From the NCBI GenBank assembly GCA_963705505.1, contig CAVPJU010000006.1, positions 576,001 through 640,000 of the forward strand: 64,000 nucleotides of DNA, written 5' to 3'. The notes under the pieces were generated by a model that had not been told where the DNA came from, made no database searches, and was given only the letters and a program-made list of their open reading frames with translations. This document shows positions 9,790 to 19,457 of this stretch, one piece after another. The DNA is from an uncultured bacterium. Its GTDB lineage: Bacteria > Desulfobacterota_D > UBA1144 > Nemesobacterales > UBA2774. The stretch's first letter is position 1. The number at the start of each line of letters is the position of its first letter. The position numbers and the translations under genes are program-made.

Positions 9790-9827
9790 AAAAAGGGGGG
9801 GGTGAGCCCGATGAAGTCTCACCCCCC
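9790..9827 (-). terminator. Rho-independent terminator
   Basis: Stem GGGGGGTGAG (9797-9806) / CTCACCCCCC (9818-9827); A5 at 9790-9794 gives a U-tract on the minus strand. Confidence 0.75.
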
Positions 9828-9851
9828 AGGAGCACGGAGTTTTAGGGTATG
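9790..9851 (-). ncRNA. Candidate small RNA 1 (~60 nt), under the 11-bp-repeat promoter
   Basis: No ORF; CU-rich 5' part followed by intrinsic terminator (10-bp stem + U5); own upstream repeat array and -10. Confidence 0.5.
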
Positions 9852-9857
9852 GAAATG

Positions 9858-9912
9858 ATTATTACTAAAAAAGATTAATTTTCTATTAAGGTTCGGTTGA
9901 GCATTGGTTAAC
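9858..9912 (-). promoter_or_regulatory. Pho-box-like array (4 x 11-bp period) plus -10
   Basis: Minus strand: GTTAACCAATG CTCAACCGAAC CTTAATAGAAA ATTAATCTTTT ttagt AATAAT. Confidence 0.6.
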
Positions 9913-10058
9913 GATCACGGTTGCTCGGCGTATTAACTACATCTTGCGCGTGAATCGAAATCGGATTAGAGGGGTTTTTAATTCCGCGGTGTTGACTTTT
10001 AAGAAAAAATAAATCCATACTAGATTTTCATATCGATGGAAACGGTACCGTATAACCA

Positions 10059-10817
10059 ATGAGAATCTGTACACTTGCGAGCGGCAGTTCCGGGAATTCT
10101 CTATATATAGAATCCGAGGACACGAGGATCCTCGTCGACGCGGGAATAAGTCTCCGGCAGATCGGTCTCAAGCTGAGGAGGCTCGATGTGGATGTATCCG
10201 ATATCGACGCCGTTGTAGTTACCCACGAGCATTCCGACCACACTGCGGCCATACCGAATATAGGCGTCCCGGTGCATGTCGCCAGAGCCACGTCCCATCT
10301 CTGGCATAATAAAGTGAGCTCTCTCAGGGAATTCGATAGCGATGCTTCTTTTATGATAAAGGATATGTTGATAACACCCTTCTCCGTGCCTCACGACGCC
10401 CTTGACCCCGTCGGCTTCTCGATCGAATCCGGCAAAGATGAGAAGATAGGGGTGGTCACGGACATAGGCACCGTCACTGCATTAGTCAGAGAGAGGCTCA
10501 GGGGGTCGAACGCTCTCGTATTGGAATTCAACCACGATAACGACATACTCCTTTACAGCCACTATCCGTGGGATCTAAAGCAGAGGATCAGGGGACGCCT
10601 GGGCCACCTTTCGAATAACCAGGCTTCGGAGCTCCTCTCGGAATTGGTTCATTGCGGGTTAAAACACCTTGTGCTCGCCCATTTGAGCCAGGTGAATAAC
10701 AAACCCGAAGTAGCTTATGAATCTGCGTCGAGCGTGTTAAAGAAATCGGTTGATGGGACGGAGGTGCAAATCTCAGTCGCTCCCAGAAAAACCATGGGGG
10801 AGGTGCTTACGATTTGA
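10059..10817 (+). CDS. MBL-fold metallohydrolase (YycJ/WalJ-like)
   Basis: ASGSSGNS, THEHSDH, PHDA, GHLSN, LAHLS. Confidence 0.88.
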   Translation: MRICTLASGSSGNSLYIESEDTRILVDAGISLRQIGLKLRRLDVDVSDIDAVVVTHEHSDHTAAIPNIGVPVHVARATSHLWHNKVSSLREFDSDASFMIKDMLITPFSVPHDALDPVGFSIESGKDEKIGVVTDIGTVTALVRERLRGSNALVLEFNHDNDILLYSHYPWDLKQRIRGRLGHLSNNQASELLSELVHCGLKHLVLAHLSQVNNKPEVAYESASSVLKKSVDGTEVQISVAPRKTMGEVLTI

Positions 10818-12106
10818 TTCCCAGATATTCAAGGCCTGAAATGTCCGCGGTCTGGACGGATGAGGCAAAGTACAGAAACTGGCTTCGAGTTGAAATTGCC
10901 GTTTGCGAGGCATGGGCTAAGTACAAGCGGATACCCAAAAAAGCGGTGGATGCCATTAAGAAGAAAGCCGGGTTCGATGTCGCCAGGATCAACGAGCTCG
11001 AAAAAGAGCTTAAGCACGATGTAATCTCCTTTCTGACCTCGGTCTCGGAGCACGTAGGTAAGGAATCAAGGTATATCCATCTCGGCCTCACATCATCCGA
11101 CGTTCTCGATACCGCGTTCGCGCTTCAGCTGAGGGAAGCGGCCGAAATAATAATTCAAGATATCAAGGTCGTAATTAAGATTCTAAAAAAACAAGCGTTT
11201 AAATATAAGAAGACGCCCATGATCGGCAGGACCCACGGCATTCACGCAGAGCCTAAAACACTGGGACTCGTATTCGCGCTCTGGTATGACGAAATGAAAA
11301 GGAACCTGGAGCGGATTATACGGGCAAGGGATGTTGTCAGCGTCGGCAAGATTTCAGGGGCTGTCGGGACGTTCGCGAACGTTACTCCCGAGATAGAGGA
11401 AGACGCTTGCAGACGCTTGGGTCTCAGGCCTGCTCCGATATCCACCCAGATCGTCCAGCGCGACATACATGCCGAATACTTCCTCACTCTGTCGATAATA
11501 GCATCGACTATCGAAAAAATAGCCTTGGAAATAAGGCACTTTCAGAGGACGGAAGTGCTCGAGCTCGAAGAGCCGTTTACGGAGGGCCAGAAGGGCTCAT
11601 CTGCAATGCCTCACAAGAGGAACCCTGTGCTTTCTGAAAACCTGTGCGGGCTTGCCCGTGTCGTTCGCTCTTATTCCATTACCTCGCTTGAGAATATACC
11701 CCTCTGGCACGAACGCGATATCAGTCATTCGTCCGTCGAGAGGGTGATTGGTCCCGACAGTACGATCCTCCTCGATTTCATGCTCGACAGGCTCGCCTAT
11801 CTTCTTGAGGGTCTTCAGGTCTATCCCGAGAATATGGAAAAAAACATATGGCTCACACGAGGACTCATATTCTCGCAAAAGGTTTTGCTGAAACTGGTCG
11901 AAAAAGGCGTGTCCAGAGAGGACGCCTATAAGCTAGTCCAACGGAATGCCATGAAAACGTGGAAGGAGAATGCCGATTTCCTCGACCTCCTTATTAAAGA
12001 CGCGGATGTCGCGGGTTTATTAACTAAGGAAGAAATAAAAGAATGTTTTGATGTGACCGCCGATCTCAAGAATATCGACCGCATATTCGACAGGGTGTTT
12101 TCATGA
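10814..12106 (+). CDS. purB: Adenylosuccinate lyase
   Basis: MIPRYSRPEM, HLGLTSSD, GRTHGIHAEP, GSSAMPHKRNP, HERDISHSSVER. Confidence 0.97.
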   Translation: MIPRYSRPEMSAVWTDEAKYRNWLRVEIAVCEAWAKYKRIPKKAVDAIKKKAGFDVARINELEKELKHDVISFLTSVSEHVGKESRYIHLGLTSSDVLDTAFALQLREAAEIIIQDIKVVIKILKKQAFKYKKTPMIGRTHGIHAEPKTLGLVFALWYDEMKRNLERIIRARDVVSVGKISGAVGTFANVTPEIEEDACRRLGLRPAPISTQIVQRDIHAEYFLTLSIIASTIEKIALEIRHFQRTEVLELEEPFTEGQKGSSAMPHKRNPVLSENLCGLARVVRSYSITSLENIPLWHERDISHSSVERVIGPDSTILLDFMLDRLAYLLEGLQVYPENMEKNIWLTRGLIFSQKVLLKLVEKGVSREDAYKLVQRNAMKTWKENADFLDLLIKDADVAGLLTKEEIKECFDVTADLKNIDRIFDRVFS

Positions 12107-12220
12107 ATTAAAATTGAATAATTCTGGCTACTAGCGCTTAAATTAGGCCAGAGGAGTTTATGTTGCTTTCTCAACATTCAGTGGTATAGTTTTAGCTAAC
12201 AAAAACCCAAGGAGGCATGT

Positions 12221-13348
12221 ATGAGATTTAAATTTTTGTCTTTGGCAATACTTACAATAACATTTCTAATTGTAGGCAGCCAGGCGTTCAGCCAGCAAAT
12301 ATCAAAAGAAGACTCTTCACGTCTTCAGACGTTTTTTAAAAACAGGTTCGGTGCGAATTTAACGCCCGATACCGTTATCGAGGTTCAAGGTTTTGAAGAA
12401 AGTTCGATAAAGGGTCTCAAAAAAGGTAAATTCGTTATCACTACCCCTCAGGGGGCGCAGGACGTTGCCTTCGTCATCAGCCAGGACGGGAAATATATAT
12501 TAATGGGCAACATGGTGGAGACATCGACCTTTAAAGAGACGCCGATAAAGAACATAAAGCAGGGTGCGATCCCCATTCCAAGGGGCGAGTTCCCAATTCT
12601 GATGACAGCTGACGGAAAGTTTCTGATCATCAATAGCGAGATTGTGGACACATCGAAGTTCAAGGCGTCCAAGATAACCGGTTTCAGAGAGGGATCGTTT
12701 AATATGGGAGGCCGTCAGACCGTTCCTGTGTTCGTTAGCGATAACGGGAAGTATCTCGTTCTCGGAAGCGAGGTATTCGATACGACCGTCGATCCGCATA
12801 AAGAGATAATGGAAAAGATAACGCTCGAGAACGTTCCGACAAAAGGCGCTGCGGACGCGAAGGTTACAATAGTCGAGTATTCTGATTTTCAGTGTCCTTT
12901 CTGCAAGAGGGGAAAAGATATGCTCCCCGCGATCTTAAAGGAATATAACGGGAAGGTTAAAATCTCCTACAAGCAGCTTCCTTTGAAGAACCATAACTGG
13001 GCAATGCCTGCCGCGATAGCCGCTACATGCGTCTATCAGGAGGGTGGTAATGATAAGTTCTGGGCTTACCATGACAAGCTATTCGATAATCAGAAGGACA
13101 TTACACTCGAGAACTCGAATGAAAAATTCAATCAGTATGCAAAGGAGCTAGGGCTCGATACCAAGAAGTTCGATGCATGCCTGCAATCCAAGGAAGTAAA
13201 GGCAAAGGTTGAGAGTCAGATTAAAGAAGCTACGGAAGTCGGGGTTCAGTCCACACCCACATTCGTCGTTAACGGTATGATAGTACCTGGCGCGAATCCG
13301 GAAGGTCTTAAATCCGCTATTGAGATTAAGCTCACGCAAGGTTCCTGA
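12221..13348 (+). CDS. Exported DsbA/DsbG-like thioredoxin-fold protein with three N-terminal repeats
   Basis: Signal peptide; EYSDFQCPFC; GVQSTPTFVVNG; three S/T-x-D/N-GK-Y/F-L repeats. Confidence 0.85.
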   Translation: MRFKFLSLAILTITFLIVGSQAFSQQISKEDSSRLQTFFKNRFGANLTPDTVIEVQGFEESSIKGLKKGKFVITTPQGAQDVAFVISQDGKYILMGNMVETSTFKETPIKNIKQGAIPIPRGEFPILMTADGKFLIINSEIVDTSKFKASKITGFREGSFNMGGRQTVPVFVSDNGKYLVLGSEVFDTTVDPHKEIMEKITLENVPTKGAADAKVTIVEYSDFQCPFCKRGKDMLPAILKEYNGKVKISYKQLPLKNHNWAMPAAIAATCVYQEGGNDKFWAYHDKLFDNQKDITLENSNEKFNQYAKELGLDTKKFDACLQSKEVKAKVESQIKEATEVGVQSTPTFVVNGMIVPGANPEGLKSAIEIKLTQGS

Positions 13349-13369
13349 CACCATAGTAAATAAATTCAT

Positions 13370-13445
13370 CTGCGCCCTATCCCGACTCCATATACCCATC
13401 AGAATGATTGATCTGATTAGTCGGGTTAGGGCGCAGTTTTTTTTT
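13370..13445 (+). terminator. Long composite hairpin + U9 terminator after the Dsb gene
   Basis: CTGCGCCCTATCCCGACT / AGTCGGGTTAGGGCGCAG (17 of 18 positions pair), inner ATCAGA/TCTGAT stem, T9. Confidence 0.7.
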
Positions 13446-13492
13446 CGTGCATAATATATTGATTACCATATTCGATATTACACCGAACACCC

Positions 13493-14428
13493 ATGAAATG
13501 TCCGTCGTGCGGATATAACAGTTTTGACTATCTGGAATACTGCAAGAAATGCGGTTCTCCTCTGAGTGCCGACCCGATATATAGAGCTTCTGATCAGGAA
13601 GATGCTAAAAGTGCTGAAATGAGCTCCGGGACGCACCGGGAAAACAATTCCGGCGACTCTTTAGACAGCTTGTTCAGTGAGCGCCCCCTCCCGGCGGACG
13701 ATACATCGTCACTCACTAAATCTCCGAAGTCATGGCCATCGAAGCGTAAACGGGGGGCTACGGCCGAAAATGATATCGAGAATGAATCCTATGAACTGTT
13801 TCCTGTCTCTAAAGAGTTTGGAAGAGGGAGGCCGGCAGAAAATAGACGCGGTAATTTTCCTCGCGCCCCAAAGAAAAAGGAGCCGCGTTTTGAAGAGGAG
13901 ATATCGGCACTGCGGTCTGACCCGTTCGTATCTGTCGAACACGAGGATGCTTCCGATGAGCCGGATTTACGGAAAGGAGCGGGATATGGCGAGCGGGAGA
14001 CCGAGGTATATAATCTCGCGGGCATCATTTCACGCGCTATCGCATTGATCATAGATATTGTGCTCGTCTCACTGGTCGCGTTTCTCGCGGCCGCAACGGG
14101 TATATATTTGGTAAATGGATTTAACCCGGGGGCATCGGAATCCCAAGATATATTTTTTCCCTTGTATATCATCCTTTTCTTCCTTGCGTCCACGTACTTT
14201 GTTTTTCTCCACGGGTACGGAGGGAAGACAGTTGGAAAGATGATGATGGGTATAAAATTGATCAATAACGAGGGTGAGAGGGTAGGGTTCTGGGAAGCCT
14301 TTGTCAGGTGGCTCGGCTATTATGTCTCCGCAGCGTTTTTGTTCGCGGGATTTTTGTGGTCTTTAATAGATTCCGAATATCAGACCTGGCACGATAAGCT
14401 CGCCGGAACATACGTCGTGAAAGATTGA
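13493..14428 (+). CDS. RDD family membrane protein with N-terminal zinc ribbon
   Basis: CPSC...CKKC; low-complexity linker; RAIALIID, GKTVGKMMMGIK, WHDKLAGTYVV. Confidence 0.85.
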   Translation: MKCPSCGYNSFDYLEYCKKCGSPLSADPIYRASDQEDAKSAEMSSGTHRENNSGDSLDSLFSERPLPADDTSSLTKSPKSWPSKRKRGATAENDIENESYELFPVSKEFGRGRPAENRRGNFPRAPKKKEPRFEEEISALRSDPFVSVEHEDASDEPDLRKGAGYGERETEVYNLAGIISRAIALIIDIVLVSLVAFLAAATGIYLVNGFNPGASESQDIFFPLYIILFFLASTYFVFLHGYGGKTVGKMMMGIKLINNEGERVGFWEAFVRWLGYYVSAAFLFAGFLWSLIDSEYQTWHDKLAGTYVVKD

Positions 14429-14435
14429 GACAGTG

Positions 14436-15698
14436 ATGCAGCATCTTAATGAACTAAATGTCAGGATATCGGGGAGCAAGGAGAAATTAGAAGCCTGGTT
14501 CAGGGGGAAGGCTGAAAAGGAGTTCATTCCCCTCTACTCCTCGGTTGATCTCAGGGTATCCGATCATAAGATCGCTCCCGTCGATACGAACATATTCCCC
14601 GCCGGGTTTAATAACCTCTCACAGCCTTTCAGGGACCGCGCATCCGTGCTTTTTAGGGACTATTTCCTCCGTAAGTACCCGAAAGTAAAAAATATTCTTA
14701 TCATTCCCGAGCTCCATACGAGAAACCCGTACTACTGGGAAAACATTTATGTCCTTAAGTCGATACTCGAGAATGTCGATTACGAGGTGGAAGTCGGGAT
14801 TGTGAGCGACGATTTTAACCAGGACGAAGCGTCTTTCCGTTCTCAGAGCGGAGAGGAAGTCGTGGCGCAAAAAGTAATGAAGGAAGGTAATAGGATATTT
14901 ACCTCGAGAGTTTCGCCCGATCTCCTGCTGATTAACAATGATTTTTCCGAGAAGTGTCCGAAGACACTGAAGGACATACTGCAGCCGGTCGAGCCGCCGG
15001 TTGAGATCGGCTGGCACACGAGGAGAAAGAGCGTCCATTTCGAGTATTACAACAGGCTTGCCGGGGAGGCGGCGGAAATCCTGGGCATCGACCCGTGGAT
15101 AATCTCGATCGATACCGTCTCGCTTCAGGGTGTGGACTTCGATAGTCCCGAAGACAGGGATAGAACCGCGTCGATCGCGGACACGATGCTGCAGAGGCTC
15201 CGGAAGGTCTATAGAGAAAAGGGGGTTTCCGAAGAGCCGTATCTGTTCTTAAAGAGTAATTCCGGAACCTACGGTATGGCAGTTATAAGCGTTTCGAACG
15301 GGGATGAAATACGCACCCTCAATGCCGAAGGGAGAAAGCGGATGAGGGTGAGTAAGGGGGGTAAGCCCGTGAGGGATATAGTCATACAGGAAGGGATACC
15401 GACGGCCATAAAACTGGGTTCGGATGCGGCTGCGGAGCCCGTATTCTATCTCGTCGAATCCAAGGTGGCGGGGGGATTCTTGAGGGTTAACCGCGGGAAA
15501 GACGACCATGAGAACCTGAACACGAAAGGAATGGAATTTACTCCGTTGTATGGTGAGGGAGAAAAGATCGAAGCCGAAGACGAGAGTATGATTTTTTCCC
15601 CGGTTCATGAATTGGTCTCGTGTATCGCGAGCATCGCTGCGGGGTACGAGATTGAGGAGATATTGAGGGAGGGTGGGTGCAAGGAAGAGGTTCTCTGA
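14436..15698 (+). CDS. gshA: Glutamate--cysteine ligase, ATP-grasp-like GshA family
   Basis: YSSVDLR, KIAPVDTNIFPAGFNNL, PELHTRN, LLINNDFS, GWHTRRKS, KSNSGTYGM, QEGIPT. Confidence 0.85.
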   Translation: MQHLNELNVRISGSKEKLEAWFRGKAEKEFIPLYSSVDLRVSDHKIAPVDTNIFPAGFNNLSQPFRDRASVLFRDYFLRKYPKVKNILIIPELHTRNPYYWENIYVLKSILENVDYEVEVGIVSDDFNQDEASFRSQSGEEVVAQKVMKEGNRIFTSRVSPDLLLINNDFSEKCPKTLKDILQPVEPPVEIGWHTRRKSVHFEYYNRLAGEAAEILGIDPWIISIDTVSLQGVDFDSPEDRDRTASIADTMLQRLRKVYREKGVSEEPYLFLKSNSGTYGMAVISVSNGDEIRTLNAEGRKRMRVSKGGKPVRDIVIQEGIPTAIKLGSDAAAEPVFYLVESKVAGGFLRVNRGKDDHENLNTKGMEFTPLYGEGEKIEAEDESMIFSPVHELVSCIASIAAGYEIEEILREGGCKEEVL

Positions 15699-15807
15699 TT
15701 TAAATTCTTGTCTCTTTATAGCCGGACGACCGGCCCGGTCTTTTCGTTTATATTTTAATACCCTTCCCATTCGCAATACTTATTATATTCGGGATTAACC
15801 GAGAGAT

Positions 15808-17163
15808 TTATTTTCTTGCGAGGCTGAGCGCCCTTCTCAGAAGCACCGTATAAACAGGCTTTCCCCCCAGTCCCTCCGCAACGAGCGTGGCCGTGAGGCA
15901 GGTAACAATGAGCGGGAGTATCATGGAGTAATTGCCCGTCATTTCTATAGTGAGGGCGATGCCGGTGAGAGGCGCTCTTACTGTTGCGCAGAAGAGGGCC
16001 GCCATGCCCGCGACAGCGAAAAGCTCCGGACGCACGACGAGGTCGGGCCGCAGGCCGTGAGCGATGTTGCCATACCACATTCCGAACAATGTCCCCAGAG
16101 CCAGCATGGGTGCGAATATTCCGCCCGGCGCTCCCGAGCCGTAGCTTATCATCGTCGTTCCGAAACGTGCGAAGAAGAGCAGCAGAAGCATAGTCACAGG
16201 AATCGTGCCCGAGAGGGCTTTTGGTATGACTTTATAGCCTCCTCCCACTATATCGGGGTAAAGCCACGCGAGAAGCCCGATGAAGGCGCCCACGTAAAGC
16301 CCCGTAAGCGTGAACGCGGGCCCCTTCATGTTCGAGAAGAAGTCGAGTGTTCTCACGAGGAGGAAGTTGAATACGACGCCGAATATGCCGAATAAAAAAC
16401 CGAATATGAGAAAGATCCAGAGAGAGGTGAGCGGGGGGGTCGCGAGGACGGTCATCTCGATATCTGGGCTTTGTCCCATTATGGAGCGCAGCGCTATATC
16501 CGAAGCCGCCGAAGCTATAATCACCGACTGTACAGATAGAAAGTTGTATTTGAATTCGGGGCGCATCTCCTCGAATACGAAAAGGATGCCCGCGAGGGGA
16601 GCGTTAAATGCCGCGGTCAATCCTCCTCCGGCGCCCGCCGCTATGAGCGCATGAGCCTCCTCTTTTCCGGCTTTGAATATATCCGCAACCATCTTGCCGA
16701 TGTTTCCGCCCATATGGATAGTCGGCCCCTCCCTCCCTAAAACCATGCCGCCGCCTAACGAGAGCATGCCGCCCAAGAATTTCACGGGCAGCACATTTTT
16801 CCACCTGATCGGCCTTACGTCATCGAGGGCTCCTTCAATCTCGTGCACTCCGCTTCCTCCGGTCTCAGGGGCCAGCCTGCGGACGAGCAGAAATGCGAGA
16901 TATACAAGAACCGCCGAGAATATCACGGAGGCGATCAGTAAAAGCGCCGGGACCTGAGGAAGCATTCCGATGAGTATTTCCCTCGAATCCTGAACTTTTG
17001 CTATGCAGATTTGAAATAACGCCGCTACTGTCCCCGTGAGGGCGCCTACGATTAGAGACCAGAATAAAATCGGGCTGTATCTTTTCTCGGCAGCGAGGAA
17101 CCTCGATGCGATCCTGCTTATGTCTGATTGTCCTGCCGGTTTCCGCTCCGAGTGAAGCTTCAT
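15808..17163 (-). CDS. clcA: H+/Cl- exchange transporter ClcA
   Basis: GSGVHE, LGREGPT, AAFNAPLAG, GGIFAPM, TVRAPLTG, C-terminal P.YT.LL. Confidence 0.92.
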   Translation of the reverse strand: MKLHSERKPAGQSDISRIASRFLAAEKRYSPILFWSLIVGALTGTVAALFQICIAKVQDSREILIGMLPQVPALLLIASVIFSAVLVYLAFLLVRRLAPETGGSGVHEIEGALDDVRPIRWKNVLPVKFLGGMLSLGGGMVLGREGPTIHMGGNIGKMVADIFKAGKEEAHALIAAGAGGGLTAAFNAPLAGILFVFEEMRPEFKYNFLSVQSVIIASAASDIALRSIMGQSPDIEMTVLATPPLTSLWIFLIFGFLFGIFGVVFNFLLVRTLDFFSNMKGPAFTLTGLYVGAFIGLLAWLYPDIVGGGYKVIPKALSGTIPVTMLLLLFFARFGTTMISYGSGAPGGIFAPMLALGTLFGMWYGNIAHGLRPDLVVRPELFAVAGMAALFCATVRAPLTGIALTIEMTGNYSMILPLIVTCLTATLVAEGLGGKPVYTVLLRRALSLARK

Positions 17164-17413
17164 TACTCCCTCCGGTGTATTGATGGAGACGAACGTCTAT
17201 TCAAGTCAAATGAACCGATGCCGGATTGTCTGGATCGCTATTAATTATCTTTCTTATCCGGTATTAGCGCAATAGTAAAATCAGGCGGGATAAAATTATA
17301 GTTCCTGAGATCTCCGGGTGTGGATTGCCTGGAGGCCGAACTCCCGTGTTTTCGGGCGTGAGCGGATTGGGGAGGGTATGAGAAATGCGGGACTCATATA
17401 TGGTAGAGAATTT

Positions 17414-17842
17414 CTACCATTCCGCCACGTCTTTATGGGCCGTTATCTTTGAGGGTTTGATCCTCACGAGCATCTCGCCCGGGGCCGAATTTCTTTCCCC
17501 ATATGCTTCCGCCTGGTCTTCGCCCATGTACCTCCCGCCTATGCGTGTGGCCCAGTAAAGGAGCTCATCGGGGTCCTCGGAAAAAGAAGCCGTCCCTTCT
17601 ATCATGACGTATGAATAAGGCGGGGTCTGATCGTCGACAGCAAGGCATACACGGGGGTCGCGTTTCATGTTCTTATACTTTACGGATTCCCCTCCGGTCG
17701 TGAATATAACCGTATCGCCGTCGAGATAGAACCATATCGGGACGACGTGGGGCCGCCCGTCCCTTCTTACAGTCGCGAGCTTGCCTGTTTTTGTGCCGTC
17801 GAGAAGGAATGCTCTGTATTCCTCCCTGTTCATTTCCTTCAC
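17414..17842 (-). CDS. PPOX-class (pyridoxamine 5'-phosphate oxidase-like) putative F420-dependent oxidoreductase
   Basis: LATVRRDGRPHVVPIWF, K..N..RDPRV, V.IEG.A. Confidence 0.8.
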   Translation of the reverse strand: MKEMNREEYRAFLLDGTKTGKLATVRRDGRPHVVPIWFYLDGDTVIFTTGGESVKYKNMKRDPRVCLAVDDQTPPYSYVMIEGTASFSEDPDELLYWATRIGGRYMGEDQAEAYGERNSAPGEMLVRIKPSKITAHKDVAEW

Positions 17843-17945
17843 TGCGGAATCTCCTTCATTGAGGGCATATTATTTTGTCCCGGCCCGGGTGTTGTTCCCG
17901 AACGGATGGCCGTTTGATTCGGGAGATCGAATCGTTATTTTCTCT

Positions 17946-19328
17946 TTACCATTTCCCGAGCTCTTTTTTCCCCAGTCCTATCATTTTAAGGACATTTTGT
18001 CTCGCGGTACCACCGTAGGATTTCCTGTTGCTTACCGAGCCTTCGAGTGTTATATGGTCGAAGAGGTCGTCGTCGAAGAGTTTGGAGAACATCCTGTACT
18101 CCGATATGTGGAGGTTGATAAGCTCTCTCCCTTTTTCTTCCGCGTAGCCGACTATCCTGCCTGTAACCTCGTGCGAGTGTCTGAACGGCACGCCTTTACG
18201 CGTCAGATAATCAGCAATGTCGGTCGCCGTTATGAACCCCTCATTCAGGGCTTTTTTCATATTTTCATGCTTGAATTCGATGTTGCTGAGCATCGCCCTC
18301 AAAATCTCGAGGGACGATTTAACGGTATCCGCCGTATCGAACATGGGCTCCTTGTCCTCCTGCATGTCCCTGTTGTAAGAGAAGGGGAGGCCTTTCATTA
18401 TCGTCAATATGGATACGAGGTTCCCGTAAACCCTCCCTGTTTTCCCGCGCGTGAGCTCGGCCATGTCCGGGTTCCTTTTCTGGGGCATGATGCTCGATCC
18501 GGTCGTGAACTCGTCCCCGAGATCGGCAAAATCGAATTCCTTGCTCGACCAGAGGACGAACTCCTCTGACACCCTGCTTAAATGCATCATTAAATTCGCG
18601 GATACTGCTATGAATTCGACGATGAAGTCCCTGTCGCTCACTGTGTCGATGCTGTTCTGCGTAACCTTGGGGAAATCGAGGAGCTTTGCGACGTATTCCC
18701 TGTCTATAGGGAAGGTCGTCCCTGCACCCGCCCCCGCCCCGAGCGGCATTACATTTATCCTGTCGAGGCAATTGAGGTATCTTTCTCTATCCCTCTTGAA
18801 CATCTCGTAAAGACCCATCAGATGGTGCGACAGGAGCACGGGCTGCCCCCTCTGGAGGTGCGTGTAGAGAGGCAACATCGCGTCTATATTCTTTTCCGCT
18901 AATTCAAGCAGTGACTCGGCGATGCCTTTTAAGAGCAGGAGAATTTCCTTGACCTCGCTCCTCAAATAAAGCCTCATGTCTAGCGTTATCTGGTCGTTCC
19001 TGCTCCTGGCAGTGTGAATTTTCCCCCCGGTCTCTCCTATCTTTTCGATGAGGCGTTTTTCGATGTTGAGGTGTATGTCTTCGTATTCTTCCCTGAACTG
19101 GAATTTGCCCGACTCGATCTCCTTCTCGATCTGTCTGAGCCCCTTTACGATCTTTTCGGCTTCGTTCTTGAGGATAATACCGCACTCAGCGAGCATTTTG
19201 ACATGCGCGACGCTCCCCTCTATATCCTCCTTGTAGAGCCTCTTATCGAAGTCTATCGAGGCAGAAAATTTTTCGGCGATTTTGTGGGTGTCTTTTTTGA
19301 ACCTGCCCCCCCAGGGTTTTTTCAGCAC
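17946..19328 (-). CDS. argH: Argininosuccinate lyase
   Basis: WGGRF, HTARSRNDQ, YTHLQRGQP, GSSIMPQKRNPD, YNRDMQEDK. Confidence 0.97.
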   Translation of the reverse strand: MLKKPWGGRFKKDTHKIAEKFSASIDFDKRLYKEDIEGSVAHVKMLAECGIILKNEAEKIVKGLRQIEKEIESGKFQFREEYEDIHLNIEKRLIEKIGETGGKIHTARSRNDQITLDMRLYLRSEVKEILLLLKGIAESLLELAEKNIDAMLPLYTHLQRGQPVLLSHHLMGLYEMFKRDRERYLNCLDRINVMPLGAGAGAGTTFPIDREYVAKLLDFPKVTQNSIDTVSDRDFIVEFIAVSANLMMHLSRVSEEFVLWSSKEFDFADLGDEFTTGSSIMPQKRNPDMAELTRGKTGRVYGNLVSILTIMKGLPFSYNRDMQEDKEPMFDTADTVKSSLEILRAMLSNIEFKHENMKKALNEGFITATDIADYLTRKGVPFRHSHEVTGRIVGYAEEKGRELINLHISEYRMFSKLFDDDLFDHITLEGSVSNRKSYGGTARQNVLKMIGLGKKELGKW

Positions 19329-19457
19329 GCTTTTTCTCCTCCGTAAGCCATTATGATACCGTGATTTTGCGTATCATTGAATAAGACTTCCGAGAAACTA
19401 TATCACGGAGGGGGATTTTATATAAGGGCCCCGGCCGTGGCATGTGGTCAGATTCCG

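Noticed and set aside
17164..17413. Fluoride riboswitch upstream of the CLC gene
   Set aside because: No recognisable riboswitch consensus, and the protein has Cl-/H+ antiporter motifs (GSG, GREGP, central Tyr) rather than CLC-F motifs
17781..18569. 262-aa plus-strand ORF
   Set aside because: Antisense shadow of argH
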